Below the pieces are notes generated by a model. The model was not told where the DNA came from. It ran no database searches and worked only from the letters and a program-made list of their open reading frames with translations. A stretch of 64,000 nucleotides of DNA, from positions 4,280 through 68,279 of the forward strand of contig CANPZF010000006.1 of NCBI GenBank assembly GCA_947589015.1. The letters are read 5' to 3'. The position numbers and the translations under genes were made by a program. Below are positions 22,714-34,246 of this stretch, one piece after another; positions within the stretch are counted from its first letter, which is position 1, and each line of letters begins with the position of its first letter. Source of the stretch: an uncultured Clostridia bacterium (GTDB lineage: Bacteria > Bacillota > Clostridia > TANB77 > CAG-508).

Positions 22714-23265
22714 CTATATTTTATATAAAAATATAAGATGTGCACGACCATACCTTTTTTTAGTAACTACTTTTATTGCTACAGATTCTAATTGTTTTAA
22801 TATTCTTTCTTCTTCATCAGTTTCAATAATTATTAATGTTTCTTCATCTATACAGTTATTTTCTATTAGCAATTTTACTGCTTCATATGCATAATCTGTT
22901 TTATAAGGTGGATCTATATACACAATATCTAGTTTAGAAAAAAGCTTCTGTTCTAATAATTTTCTGAAATCCATTTTATAGAGTTCTATTTTCTCTTTAC
23001 TATGTGTTTTTTCCACATTTTTTTCAATTATGTGGATTGCTTCTTTTGATTTTTCACATAGAATAGCTTTTGTTGCTCCTCTGCTAACTGCTTCTAATCC
23101 TATAGCTCCACTTCCTGCAAACATATCTAAAAAAATAGAGTCTTTGACCTTTTCTTGTATTATACTAAATAAAGCTTCCTTCACTCTATCTAACGTTGGT
23201 CTTGTTTCTTTGCCTTCTAATGTGTATAATTTTGTTCCTTTAGCTTTTCCACTTATAATTCTCAT
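22714..23265 (-). CDS. rsmD: 16S rRNA m2G966 methyltransferase
   Basis: MRIISG, TRPTLDRVKEALF, DMFAGSGAIGLEAVSRGA and DPPY motifs. Confidence 0.95.
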   Translation of the reverse strand: MRIISGKAKGTKLYTLEGKETRPTLDRVKEALFSIIQEKVKDSIFLDMFAGSGAIGLEAVSRGATKAILCEKSKEAIHIIEKNVEKTHSKEKIELYKMDFRKLLEQKLFSKLDIVYIDPPYKTDYAYEAVKLLIENNCIDEETLIIIETDEEERILKQLESVAIKVVTKKRYGRAHLIFLYKI

Positions 23266-23465
23266 AATTTGCCTTTCTCTGATAATATTATTTTATTCTT
23301 TTTTCTGTCAATGTCAATAGTATTAATAGAAATGTAATATACATTTAATAGTTCTGTAATATATTAGGCAATTTGTAACATTTTTCCATTTTTAATATTA
23401 TTAATGTATTTTTTCAGATATAAAAAGACTATCTATTCTATAGATAGTCCTCTTTTGTATAGTAT

Positions 23466-23945
23466 TTATTCTTCTTTATTCACATCTTTTAATAATTCTA
23501 ATTGTGAAATTAATAATGATTCCATTTTGGCTTTATATATATCAAATTGTTTTTTTATGTCCTCTACTTCTTTTTTCTTAGATATAATTGTTACATCCAA
23601 ATCACTTGTTTGCTTTTGTGCAGCATCATTTGCTTGTTTTATTATTTGTTCTGCTTGCTGTTTTGCAACATTTTTTACATCCTCAGCTGTAGTTTGTGCC
23701 ATAACCAATGTATTTTGTAATGTTTCTTCTATAGTCTTATAATGTTCCAAGCTTTTTGTTAATTCTTCTACTTTATTCTTTAATTGAGACAATTCTTTAT
23801 AATTTTTGCCATAATCTATTGTTAACTCATCTAAGAAGTCATCTACCTCTTCTACACTATATCCATTCATCATTTGTTTAGAAAACTTTTTGTTTTCAAT
23901 ATCTAAAGGTGTTATCATTTTTTCCTCCTTATGAAAAGACAACAA
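23466..23945 (-). CDS. divIVA: Cell division protein DivIVA (true start probably MITPLDI at ~23918)
   Basis: ITPLDIENKKF..GYSVEEVDDFLD motif followed by coiled coil. Confidence 0.92.
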   Translation of the reverse strand: MLSFHKEEKMITPLDIENKKFSKQMMNGYSVEEVDDFLDELTIDYGKNYKELSQLKNKVEELTKSLEHYKTIEETLQNTLVMAQTTAEDVKNVAKQQAEQIIKQANDAAQKQTSDLDVTIISKKKEVEDIKKQFDIYKAKMESLLISQLELLKDVNKEE

Positions 23946-23959
23946 TATTAATGAGTCTT

Positions 23960-24454
23960 TTAGTTTATTCCATTATTTTTTAGCCAAGAAACTGAAAGCT
24001 TGCTTTTTATTTCTTCTCTAGCCATTTCATTTGTTATCTCATAATTAGATGGTGCAACTAAAAATATTGAATTTGATACTTTTTGAATGTATCCATCTAG
24101 TGCATAAACTCCTCCACTAATAAAGTCAACAATTCTTCTTGCAACATCTTTATTTACATATTCTAAATTTACAATAACTGATTTTTTCTCTTTTAAAAAG
24201 CTACATATTTCATCTGATTGTTCAAATGTAGTTGGTTGAGAAATAACCATTTTTATTGCATTAGTTTGTGTTTGTGGCATTGATACAACTTTATTTTTCT
24301 TTCCAAATCCTTTTTTATCTTCTATATCATCTTCGTCTTCATATTCATATACATTCTCATCATCATATTCTTCTGGTTCTGCTGAGTCCATTCCAAACAA
24401 ATCCCACACTTTATTCATTAAAGCTCCTGCCATAAAAAAACCTCCTAAAAACAT
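23960..24454 (-). CDS. sepF: Cell division protein SepF
   Basis: VIVNLE..ARRIVDFISGGVYALDG..FLVAP motif. Confidence 0.93.
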   Translation of the reverse strand: MFLGGFFMAGALMNKVWDLFGMDSAEPEEYDDENVYEYEDEDDIEDKKGFGKKNKVVSMPQTQTNAIKMVISQPTTFEQSDEICSFLKEKKSVIVNLEYVNKDVARRIVDFISGGVYALDGYIQKVSNSIFLVAPSNYEITNEMAREEIKSKLSVSWLKNNGIN

Positions 24455-24561
24455 TTCATTCGTATTTTATGTACTAAGTATCTACTTTTTTTTTACTATT
24501 GTCAATACTTTTTTAAAATGTAATATTTTTTTAATATTTTCGTAATATTTTTGTAACATTT

Positions 24562-25839
24562 TTACTCTACTTTACTCAAATCTGGATATAACAAAATTTC
24601 ATCATAAACTGATATTTTTTTATAATTAGTTATATCTTTACTTGTATATCCTATTGCTTCTAAATCTTCATTTTCATAGGGTTCTACTATTGAATATTTT
24701 TCATTTTGTTTTTTCACATTTATTAATAATTTGCTCAAATACCCTGCTCTATTTCTTACAACATACTTTAATCCATCTTGTTCAACTATTGCCTGATTAG
24801 GTACCTTTAGCCCAGATTCACTCCACCATATTAAATCAAAAGATACTTTCCTGTAGTCTACTAAATCTTCTATTTGCTTTTCTATCTGTAATATCATTAA
24901 AGTTTCTTCATCATTTTCTCTTATTATATATACAATTTTTGCTGGAATTTCTATATTATTATTTAATCTTACTTTAACTTTATCATTAACTTTTGCATTT
25001 TTTGCTTCTTCGCTTTTAGAAATAGTTGCAATATAACAAGAAGTATTATCAACTATCTTTCCACTTTCACTACTTGTAGGAATTATTTTTCCTGTCTTCA
25101 AATTTAAATTTTCTAAATACTGTTTATTTAAAGTACTAAAACATTCATTGGTAGGTTGTAATACGCTTTCTAATCCATCTACTTTATACGAAATAATTCC
25201 ACTTATTGGTGCATTCAAATATTCTGCTCCAGAATTTAATTGATTTTCATATTCTCTTCTCTCATCTATTAATTTTTTTAAATATGACCCTTTGGGACTA
25301 GCATCTCCTGCTATATTCGATTTTTTAGTAACTATATCACTTATTTCTTTTTTTAATTCTTCTAATTTTGACATGTCTGTTAATTTACTTAATAACTCTA
25401 CTTTTTCATCAATTTGATTTTCCAATAATTTCATATCTGAAGTAGATAATCCTGTCTCTTGTGACATTGCCTCTTCTACCTTTTCATCTAATTCTGCTAT
25501 TTTACTTATTAATTCTTCTTCATTTTTACTATAGTATCTAAATATAGACTCATTTTTGGCAACTCTTTCTCCTTCTGTTTTTATTTGTTCCATACCATTT
25601 TTATAATTTTCTCCTTGTACTACTTGTTCATTTCGTATTACATATCCTATATCAGTTTCCTCCAAATATACCTTTCCTTCTTCAACCATAAAAACATCAG
25701 TTGGCTGCTCTATTAATAAATATATTGTGTATACAACATATATTAAAATTATTAATAAAGCTAAAATTATAAATATTCTTTTTGTGTTATCGACTTTTTT
25801 TGTGCTTCTTTTTTCAGCACTCTTTTGTCCTTCTTTCAA
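24562..25839 (-). CDS. HlyD-like membrane-anchored protein (conserved upstream of sepF in Clostridia)
   Basis: N-terminal TM segment, coiled coil, APISGIISYKVDGLE and GLKVPNQAI motifs. Confidence 0.75.
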   Translation of the reverse strand: MKEGQKSAEKRSTKKVDNTKRIFIILALLIILIYVVYTIYLLIEQPTDVFMVEEGKVYLEETDIGYVIRNEQVVQGENYKNGMEQIKTEGERVAKNESIFRYYSKNEEELISKIAELDEKVEEAMSQETGLSTSDMKLLENQIDEKVELLSKLTDMSKLEELKKEISDIVTKKSNIAGDASPKGSYLKKLIDERREYENQLNSGAEYLNAPISGIISYKVDGLESVLQPTNECFSTLNKQYLENLNLKTGKIIPTSSESGKIVDNTSCYIATISKSEEAKNAKVNDKVKVRLNNNIEIPAKIVYIIRENDEETLMILQIEKQIEDLVDYRKVSFDLIWWSESGLKVPNQAIVEQDGLKYVVRNRAGYLSKLLINVKKQNEKYSIVEPYENEDLEAIGYTSKDITNYKKISVYDEILLYPDLSKVE

Positions 25840-26756
25840 TTCATTACCTCCAAAATAATTTTTATATTATTTTGTATATTTTCTTCTCCATTTAACCATA
25901 TTGTTTGAGTGTTCTTTCTAAACCAAGTTAATTGCCTTTTAGCATATCTTCTTGTTTCTTGTTTTATTTTTTCTATCATCTCTTCCTTTGTATAAACTCC
26001 ATTTAAATAATCTACCACTTCTTTATATCCAAGTCCTTGCATTGCAGTTGGAAATTTATCATATTTTTTCAATATACTTCTTACCTCATCTATTATACCT
26101 TGTTGTACCATTATGTCTACTCTTTTATTAATTCTTTCATATAATTTTTCTCTATCCCAATATATTGCAAAAACTTTATAATCATATTCTATCTCTTTTT
26201 TTCTAGATTGTATCTCTTGTTCTGTTTTGGTTTTTCCTGTTGCATGATATATTTCTAAAACTCTTAAAATTCTTTTTTTGTCATTTTTACTTATTTTTTC
26301 CATTGCTTTACTATCTATTTTTTTTGCTTCTTCATATAACGCTTCTAGTCCTTCTGTTTTCACTCTTTTTTCCAATTCACATCTATACTTCTCATCAAAT
26401 TCAATATTTTGATATTCTATTTCATAGATAAGACTATCTACATACAGTCCTGTTCCTCCAACTATAATTGGTGTTTTTCCTCTTTTTAATATTTCTGATA
26501 TTGCTATTTTAGCATCTTTCTTATAATCTGCTACACTATATCTTGTATCTGGAGATACATTTCCTATTAAATAATGTCTTATGCCTTGCATTTCTGTTTC
26601 AGTTGGTTTTGCTGTTCCTATATCCATATCTTTATATATTTGCATTGAATCGGCAGAAACAATCTCTCCATTTATTTCTTTAGCTAATTCTATTGATAAC
26701 GCTGTCTTACCAGATGCTGTTGGACCACAAATTACTATAACTTTTTCCTTTTGCAT
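25836..26756 (-). CDS. miaA: tRNA dimethylallyltransferase
   Basis: GPTASGKT, SADSMQIY, VGGTGLY and YAKRQLTWF motifs. Confidence 0.97.
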   Translation of the reverse strand: MQKEKVIVICGPTASGKTALSIELAKEINGEIVSADSMQIYKDMDIGTAKPTETEMQGIRHYLIGNVSPDTRYSVADYKKDAKIAISEILKRGKTPIIVGGTGLYVDSLIYEIEYQNIEFDEKYRCELEKRVKTEGLEALYEEAKKIDSKAMEKISKNDKKRILRVLEIYHATGKTKTEQEIQSRKKEIEYDYKVFAIYWDREKLYERINKRVDIMVQQGIIDEVRSILKKYDKFPTAMQGLGYKEVVDYLNGVYTKEEMIEKIKQETRRYAKRQLTWFRKNTQTIWLNGEENIQNNIKIILEVMN

Positions 26757-26830
26757 TTTTAATCACATTCCTTTCACAAATACAAATCAATTGGAAAAGA
26801 ATTGTAATTATTCTTTAATCTTCTCTTCCT

Positions 26831-27268
26831 TTACATAATATTGTTATATGTGTGGTATATTTCTAATATTCCTTGCTGTGTTTCTCTTAAATATCCACTC
26901 TCAAATATTAAACATACTATAAATATAAGACAAATTAAAATTATTTTATTCCTAAATTTATTTACTTTTATTTCATTTAATTTAAAACTATTAATCTGCT
27001 TAGAAACATATGGCAATAAAATCAAACTATTGGCAGATGTAAATAAAGATACTAGTATATTTTGTATTATATTTTCTATATTCTTGTTTTCATATTCTAT
27101 TCCTTTTTTAGAAAATTGAAAAACTATAAACGTCACTATAAACACAAATAGAAATCCTATAATTATAAATAGTATTTTACTACTTCTTTCCATATCTCCT
27201 AAACAATGCCATATCCAAACTGCTGAAACTATAAACACTACTAATATAGCTAATCCAATAATTGCCAT
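26831..27268 (-). CDS. Hypothetical membrane protein (~4 TM)
   Basis: Hydrophobic ORF with an RBS, between mutL and miaA. Confidence 0.7.
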   Translation of the reverse strand: MAIIGLAILVVFIVSAVWIWHCLGDMERSSKILFIIIGFLFVFIVTFIVFQFSKKGIEYENKNIENIIQNILVSLFTSANSLILLPYVSKQINSFKLNEIKVNKFRNKIILICLIFIVCLIFESGYLRETQQGILEIYHTYNNIM

Positions 27269-27279
27269 TTATTTTACCT

Positions 27280-29619
27280 CTATTTTCTTGCAAATTTTCT
27301 TTCTATATCATATTTAGTCATTTTAATTGCCGTTGGTCTTCCATGTGGACATGTAAAAGGATTTGGTAATTGTAACAATTCATTCATTAAACTTTCTACC
27401 TCTTGTACAGTTAATGCCATATTAGCTTTAACAGCTGCTTTACAAGCAACAGTAGCAATGAATTTTTCTTCTTTTTCTTGTTTAGCTGTTCTTGCTACTG
27501 TATTAATTTCATCTAACGTTTCTAAAAACAATTCCTTGGTATCTAAATCTATACATATATTAGGAACTCCTATTAACTTTATTGTATTTTCTCCAAATTC
27601 TTCTATACAAAATCCTGCTTGTTGAAACATATCCATATTTTCCTTTGCTATGTCCATTTCTTTATGAGTTAATGTTATTACATCTGGAAGTATCAACATT
27701 TGTGAATCTTTTTGACTATTACTATAATAATTTTTTTTAACTTTTTCATACATAATTCTTTCATGTGCTGCATGTTGGTCTAATATGTACATTTCATTAT
27801 TAATTTCTATAATTATATATGTTTTAAATACAATTCCTATAAACTTATAATTGGGCTTTTGAAATTTATCAATTCCTTCAAATACTGAAATATTATCTTT
27901 TATAATATCTAATACATCGCTTTTTTCTTCTTTTTTAGGTTCTTCTGTTTCTTGAATTGGTTTCCTTCCAAATAATTTAGCATACATTTCATTAAAATCT
28001 TCTGAGACTACTTGTGGATTGTCATCTAATTCTTGTATTTTATCTTTTATTTCATTAAATTCCTTTTGAACCTCTGGATCATCTATGTTTTTTATGATTT
28101 GTTCATTATCTATAATTTCTTCTTGTTGATTATTTTCATTTTTTTCTTGTATTTCACTTATTTCTTCTTCTGATTCTTCTTGTTGATTTACTTCTTCTTG
28201 CATATCTGGCTGTACTTGTTGCTCTAGTTCTTCTTGATCTAATTGTTCTTCTATTGGTTCATATTCTACTTTATTCGTTTTTAATCGTTCATTTAGATAC
28301 TGATAGTTTGTACTTTCTTCCTCTACCCCTTCTTCTTCAACCTCTTCATCACTATCTTCTATTTCTTCTTCCATTTTTTGTTTCATGTATCTTAGTTTAT
28401 CCAATATATCTGTAGTGTCAATAGGTGAATTCATCTTTTTGTTTCTAAATGATCTTGGTTTGATTTTATATAAACTTTCATCTATATTTTCTAAAATGTT
28501 ATTAGTTTTTATCTCCATTTCCTCTTCTGTATATGCTTCTATTTTTTCAGTATTTTGTTTTCTGAAATCAAATAGTGAATCTTTTGTTTCCTCATCATCT
28601 GATAAATTTTGTTCTGTATTAGCTACTAATTCACTTTTTAATAATGTATCTTTTATCGCATGAAAAATGGATTGAAATACTTTATTTTCTTCTTCAAATC
28701 TCACTTCTAATTTTGCTGGATGTACATTGACATCTACTTTAGATGGATTCATTTCTAAGTTTAAAACTACAAATCCAAATTTTCCAATTGGAATTAATCC
28801 TTTATATGCCTGTTCAGTTGATGATGTTAATATTTTGTCTTTTATATATCTTTTATTTACAAAAAATAATTGATTTGTTCTATTAGATCTTGCTATTTGT
28901 GGTTTTCCTATAACTCCACTAATTTTTATATCTTCATATGTATATGATACTTCTAAAATTGCATTAGCAATATCTTTTCCATATATACTATAAACTACTG
29001 ACTTTAAATCACCATTGCCATTTGTTTGTATTACTGTTTTTCCTGTATTTATTAATTTTATTGATATGTTAGGGTTCACCAAAGCTATTCTTGTTATTAC
29101 ATCTTCTATATATCCAGATTCTGTATAGTCTTTTTTTAAGAATTTATATCTTACTGGTGTATTAAAAAATAAATTAGTTACTGTAATAGATGTTCCCGTT
29201 TGAGCTCCCACTTCATACTTTTCTAATACATTTCCTGCCTCTACAATAACTTTATATCCTACATCTTGTTGTTGTGTTCTTGATACTAGTTCTACATGAC
29301 TAATTGCTGCAATACTTGCTAAAGCTTCTCCTCTAAACCCCATTGAGGTTACAGTGTTTAAATCGTCTGCACTTCTAATTTTACTTGTAGCATGTCTTTC
29401 AAAAGCTATTTCTAAATCATCTTGTGCAATTCCTTTGCCATTGTCAGTTACTTTTATATATGATATGCCTCCATTTTTTATTTCTACTGTTATATTAGTT
29501 GCTCCTGCATCTATTGAGTTTTCAACCATTTCTTTTATTACAGATGCTGGCCTTTCTATTACTTCTCCTGCTGCTATTTTATTTATTGTCAAATCATCTA
29601 ATAAAACTATATTTCCCAT
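27280..29619 (-). CDS. mutL: DNA mismatch repair endonuclease MutL with a long acidic linker
   Basis: IAAGEVIERP, GFRGEALASI, DVNVHPAK, DQHAAHERIMYE, ACKAAVK and CPHGRP motifs. Confidence 0.97.
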   Translation of the reverse strand: MGNIVLLDDLTINKIAAGEVIERPASVIKEMVENSIDAGATNITVEIKNGGISYIKVTDNGKGIAQDDLEIAFERHATSKIRSADDLNTVTSMGFRGEALASIAAISHVELVSRTQQQDVGYKVIVEAGNVLEKYEVGAQTGTSITVTNLFFNTPVRYKFLKKDYTESGYIEDVITRIALVNPNISIKLINTGKTVIQTNGNGDLKSVVYSIYGKDIANAILEVSYTYEDIKISGVIGKPQIARSNRTNQLFFVNKRYIKDKILTSSTEQAYKGLIPIGKFGFVVLNLEMNPSKVDVNVHPAKLEVRFEEENKVFQSIFHAIKDTLLKSELVANTEQNLSDDEETKDSLFDFRKQNTEKIEAYTEEEMEIKTNNILENIDESLYKIKPRSFRNKKMNSPIDTTDILDKLRYMKQKMEEEIEDSDEEVEEEGVEEESTNYQYLNERLKTNKVEYEPIEEQLDQEELEQQVQPDMQEEVNQQEESEEEISEIQEKNENNQQEEIIDNEQIIKNIDDPEVQKEFNEIKDKIQELDDNPQVVSEDFNEMYAKLFGRKPIQETEEPKKEEKSDVLDIIKDNISVFEGIDKFQKPNYKFIGIVFKTYIIIEINNEMYILDQHAAHERIMYEKVKKNYYSNSQKDSQMLILPDVITLTHKEMDIAKENMDMFQQAGFCIEEFGENTIKLIGVPNICIDLDTKELFLETLDEINTVARTAKQEKEEKFIATVACKAAVKANMALTVQEVESLMNELLQLPNPFTCPHGRPTAIKMTKYDIERKFARK

Positions 29620-29716
29620 TTATTGTTCCTCCACTTTTATCATGTGTTCTTTGATGCTTATTATATCATTTTAGAATTTATTTTGTACAGCCTTTTTTGT
29701 TTTTTTGTTTCTGTAT

Positions 29717-30178
29717 TTTTTATAATCACAATTACCTCACCTTTTCACCTTAAAATGCACCTCTTGGTATTTACATATTTATTGATAAATCGACTTGTTC
29801 ATTACATTCGAAAAGAAATTCTAATATACAAAATTGCGCCTCTTTCACTCAGGCTAAAAGGATTACTAATATATTCTTTTGAGTGAAACGACGAATGCGC
29901 CGTGGAATGACTGTAGAAATTCTAAATAAAATCAATTAGGGAATCTCGCCTCACGAGGGCGCTGATTGATTTTATCAAGAATTTCTAAGTCATGTATCAA
30001 GCCGAGGCGTGTAATGAAAAAGAATATATTAGTAATCCTTTTTCCGTGAACATTCCTCAATTTTGTATATAAGAATTTCTATTTCTCATTTCAATCAAGC
30101 GTCGATTTATCAATAAATATGTAAATACCAAGAGGTGCATTTTAAGGTGAAAAGGTGAGGTAATTGTGATTATAAAAA
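29717..30178. repeat. Long rod-like foldback element, copy 1 (perfect 78-bp outer arms plus nested inner stems)
   Basis: 29717-29794 is the exact reverse complement of 30101-30178. The core 29782-30113 is ~95% identical to 52326-52657. Confidence 0.9.
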
Positions 30179-30197
30179 TATCAAAACTTATACTTTT

Positions 30198-33100
30198 TTA
30201 TTCTATACTCTTTAAGCTCTCAATCATATCTATCTTTTTTAATGCAAAATATGTTACAATGTTTACTATACATGTAAAACAAACAGTAATTAAAATTGCA
30301 TATATGTAGCTCATAAAGTGTACAATTTTGTTAAATCTTAGTATATTTATTTCACAAGTTTCTATTATAAATATATTTAAAAAATATCCTCCAACTAAAC
30401 CTAATACAATTCCTATTAAAGTTAATAAAACAGTTTCTCTTGTCACATATGAATACACTTCTTTATCATAGAAACCTAATACTTTTATTGTTGCTAGTTC
30501 TCTTATTCTTTCACTTATATTCACATTTTGCAAATTATACAATACTACAAAAGCTAATAATCCTGCTGATACAATTAAAACTACAACTACATAATTTAAT
30601 GATTTTAAAGTGTCATCCATCGAGGTTATTATTGAAGACGTTCTCGATATAGAGCCTATTTCTTCTTGCTCAATTACTTCCTTTGCTAACTTATCTTCTT
30701 CTGCTTCATCTATTGGCATATTTTGTGTTAACAGTACATTTGTACTATAATTATCTTCATATAAATTTTCATACATTTCTTTAGACATATACACATAATG
30801 AGAAATATAGTTTTCTACTATATGCCCTATTTTTACTTCTTTAGTGTTTTCATCATTATCTTTTAATGTTACATTATCCCCTTCTTTAACATTTAGCAAC
30901 TGTGCTACTTTATCTGTTATCTGTATTTCATTTTCATTTAATTCTACAGTTTGTTTTGTTTTTAAATCTGTTAATTGTATTACTTTTTCTAATTCTTTTT
31001 TATCTTTTGGTACAATTATCTGAACATCTTCAGTTAAATCTCCATTTTGTATAGTTAATGATGTCATATATGTTTCTATAACTTCTTCAATTTTATCATT
31101 TTGTTGTAGCTTTTGAATAACATTATTTTTTTGTTCTTCTTCTAATCCATTTATTAAGCTTATTTGCATATCATATTTAAATACTTTTTCAAATTGATAT
31201 GATAAAATACCACTAATAGAATCCTTTAGTCCAAATCCTGCTAATATCAGTGAAGTACATCCACATATACCTATAATTGTCATTAAAAATCTTTTTTTAT
31301 ATCTAAAAATATTTCTTACTGTAACTTTTCTAGTAAAACTTAATCTTTTCCATATAAAAGGTATTCTTTCTAAAATTACACGTTTTCCTACTTTAGGTGC
31401 TTTCGGTCTCATCAAATTTGCTGGTGTATGTACTAATTCTTTTAGTGCTGCATATATTGTAGCTCCTATACTGCATAAACTAATTAATATTAGTCCTATA
31501 CTTCCTTGTTGTATATCAAATCTTAACTGTATATCTGATATGTTATACATCATTTGATACATTAGCCATATAATTTTAGGAAGCATAATAAATCCTACAC
31601 TCATTCCCAATATTCCACCAATAATACACGCTAGTGATGCATATATTATGTATTTTCCTGCTATTTGCATTTTATTATATCCGAAGTGCTTTCAATGTAC
31701 CTATTTGTACTCTTTGTTCTTCAACCATTCTTGTCATTGATGTTAATGAAATTAATGTTGCAACTATGAAAAATACAATTGGAAATACTTTTCCTATATT
31801 TGCTACACTTCCGTGTGTCTTGAATAAAACTATTATAAGCAATGTTAGAATATCTATCTAAAATATACCATTTGGGATTTTCTATATCTGCAATTTTTGC
31901 CCTTGCATCTATTAATTCATTTTCTGCATTTTTTATTTTAGTTTCAAATTCTTTTTTATTTTCTTCTAATTCTTTTTCACCATCTAATATCTTTTGTTTT
32001 GAAACTTCTATTTCTTGCTTTGCTTCTTGTATTTGTTTATTTGTGCTTTGTTTACTACTATTTAATTGTTCTTGGTTTTTATCTATTTCTGCTTTCGCAT
32101 TACTTATTTGTAATTTTCCATTTTCAATTTCTTGTTTTCCAGTGCTTATCGCTTCATCTATTTGTGCTATTCCAATTTGTACCTGTTTTTTATTATTTTC
32201 TAATTCATTTTTTGATTTCTCTAAAGTTAATTTAGTTTGTTCATACATTTGTACTTGTTCTTCTGGTAATTTTGGATTTTTTAAAGCTTCTAATATTTGA
32301 TTGTATTGAATTTCTATATTTTTTAGTCCTTGTTCGATTTGTACAATATTATTTGATAATTCTTGTTTTTGTTGTTCTAACTCAACAAACTTTGCATTTG
32401 CTTCCTGTTCTTGATTTTTCAATTGTTCTTCACTTTGTTGCACTTGTTGTTTGGCTGAATTTATCTTTACTTGTGCATTATAAAATTCTGTATTTGCCTT
32501 TTGTGCATTTTGTTTTATTTCATTCTCACCATTTGCTATTTTATTCTTTCCATCTTGGATTTCTTTCTCTGCTTCATTTATTTTGTTTTGAGCATCATTT
32601 TTTTCTGTATCAAAAGTTTTTTGGGCTTCATTTACTTTATTAGTTGCTTTTTCTATTAAACTATTATATCTTGCATTTTGCCTTTGTTCTTTAATTTTTT
32701 CTATTTCATTTTGTACTTTTTCAACACATTCTTCATATTTTTTACTTGATGTTTCAAATTCATTTGCTCCTAATATTTTAATATATATTTGTGTATATAT
32801 GTCTTTTGCTTTTATATTATCTTTAGATATATACATATAATAATTTATTTTTCCTGCTCCTAAACTACTAGTTCCTCTATCTCTTGATAGATATAATGGT
32901 GACTTTGCAGTTCCTACTATTTCTAATTCTTTTTGTTCTAAGAATTCAATTTCTTCTCCTTCATCATTTGTTGTGTTTTCAACTTCTAAAGTTATTGTAT
33001 CACCTATTTTTTTATTGTTTGCAATTAAAAAATTTTCTTCTACAACACATTCATTAGCTTTTTCAGGTTTTCTACCTTCTATAATTATTGGTTTATTTAT

Positions 33101-33433
33101 ATCATCTTGACACATCAATTTAACTATAATTTCGGTATTATCAATTTCTAATCTTGCATCTTTTTCATATGTTCCTACTACTTCTTCAATGCTTTGTATC
33201 TTTTCTATTTCTTCTATATCTTCATTAGTTAATCCCAATGTTGATATTACTTCTAAGTCAAAAACATTTTGAGCTTTATATTGTTTATCTATTGTTGCAA
33301 CCATATCTGGTGAAGTTGCTCTAATCCCAGCAAAAAAGCCTACTCCTAAAAAAGCCATTAATAATATTGATATAAATCTTTTATATGTATTTTTTATTTC
33401 TTTTACACTGTCTTTTATCAATACATTTTTCAA
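30198..33433 (-). CDS. ABC transporter permease (FtsX/MacB family, ~1077 aa); one gene interrupted by two +1 shifts at CGG codons
   Basis: Reading CGGA as Gly at 31813-31810 and 31683-31680 joins ORFs 31721-33433 and 30198-31670 through ..QDT-G-SVANIGKVFPIVFFIVATLISLTSMTRMVEEQRVQIGTLKAL-G-YNKMQIA.., the canonical permease segment. Confidence 0.88.
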
Positions 33434-33455
33434 TTATATTATCTCCTTTCACATT

Positions 33456-34157
33456 TTACCATTCAATTTCTTCCACTGAAATAGGACTTTCATTTATTTC
33501 AACTTTTTGTGCTGTACCATTTTTAAAATAAATTACTTTGTCTGCCATAGGTGCTATTGCTGTATTGTGCGTTATGATTAATACTGTCATATTTTCTTTT
33601 TTAGCAGTGTCTTGTAGCAACTTTAAAATTTGTTTTCCTGTTTTATAATCTAATGCTCCTGTTGGTTCATCACACAATAATAATTTTGGATTTTTAGCAA
33701 TGGCTCTTGCAATTGCTACTCTTTGTTGTTCTCCTCCAGATAATTGAGATGGAAAATTATTTTTCCTATCCTTTAGTCCTACTTTCTCAATTACCTCTTC
33801 GGGATTCAATGAATCTTTACATATTTGTGTTGCCAATTCTACATTTTCCTTTGCTGTCAAATTTTGTACTAAATTATAAAATTGAAAAACAAATCCTATA
33901 TCTTCTCTTCTATATTTTATTAATTCTTTGTTTTTTAATTTTGTAATATCTTTTCCATCTATTAAAACTTCTCCTGAAGTTACTGTATCCATTCCTCCTA
34001 ATATATTTAGCGTTGTAGTTTTTCCTGCTCCACTAGGTCCTACTATTACTACTAGCTCTCCTTTATCTATCTGAAAATTTGTGTTATCTAATGCATTTAT
34101 TTGTACTTCTCCCATTTGATATACTTTACAAACATTTTTTAGTTCTATATAAGACAT
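33456..34157 (-). CDS. ABC transporter ATP-binding protein (LolD/MacB-like)
   Basis: [22 protein letters not shown] and CDEPTGALD motifs. Confidence 0.95.
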   Translation of the reverse strand: MSYIELKNVCKVYQMGEVQINALDNTNFQIDKGELVVIVGPSGAGKTTTLNILGGMDTVTSGEVLIDGKDITKLKNKELIKYRREDIGFVFQFYNLVQNLTAKENVELATQICKDSLNPEEVIEKVGLKDRKNNFPSQLSGGEQQRVAIARAIAKNPKLLLCDEPTGALDYKTGKQILKLLQDTAKKENMTVLIITHNTAIAPMADKVIYFKNGTAQKVEINESPISVEEIEW

Positions 34158-34246
34158 ATTACTTATACCTCCAATTAGCTTATTTGTATAATTATACTAT
34201 CATAATTTTATATTTTTGAAAAGAGCAAAAAATACCTAATTTAAAT

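Noticed and set aside
29623-29886. 87-aa ORF overlapping the foldback element
   Set aside because: No RBS, low-complexity composition, and not conserved in the second copy.
31900-32700. Repetitive Q/E/K-rich stretch in the permease
   Set aside because: Ordinary coiled-coil insertion typical of this permease family; no exact DNA repeat.
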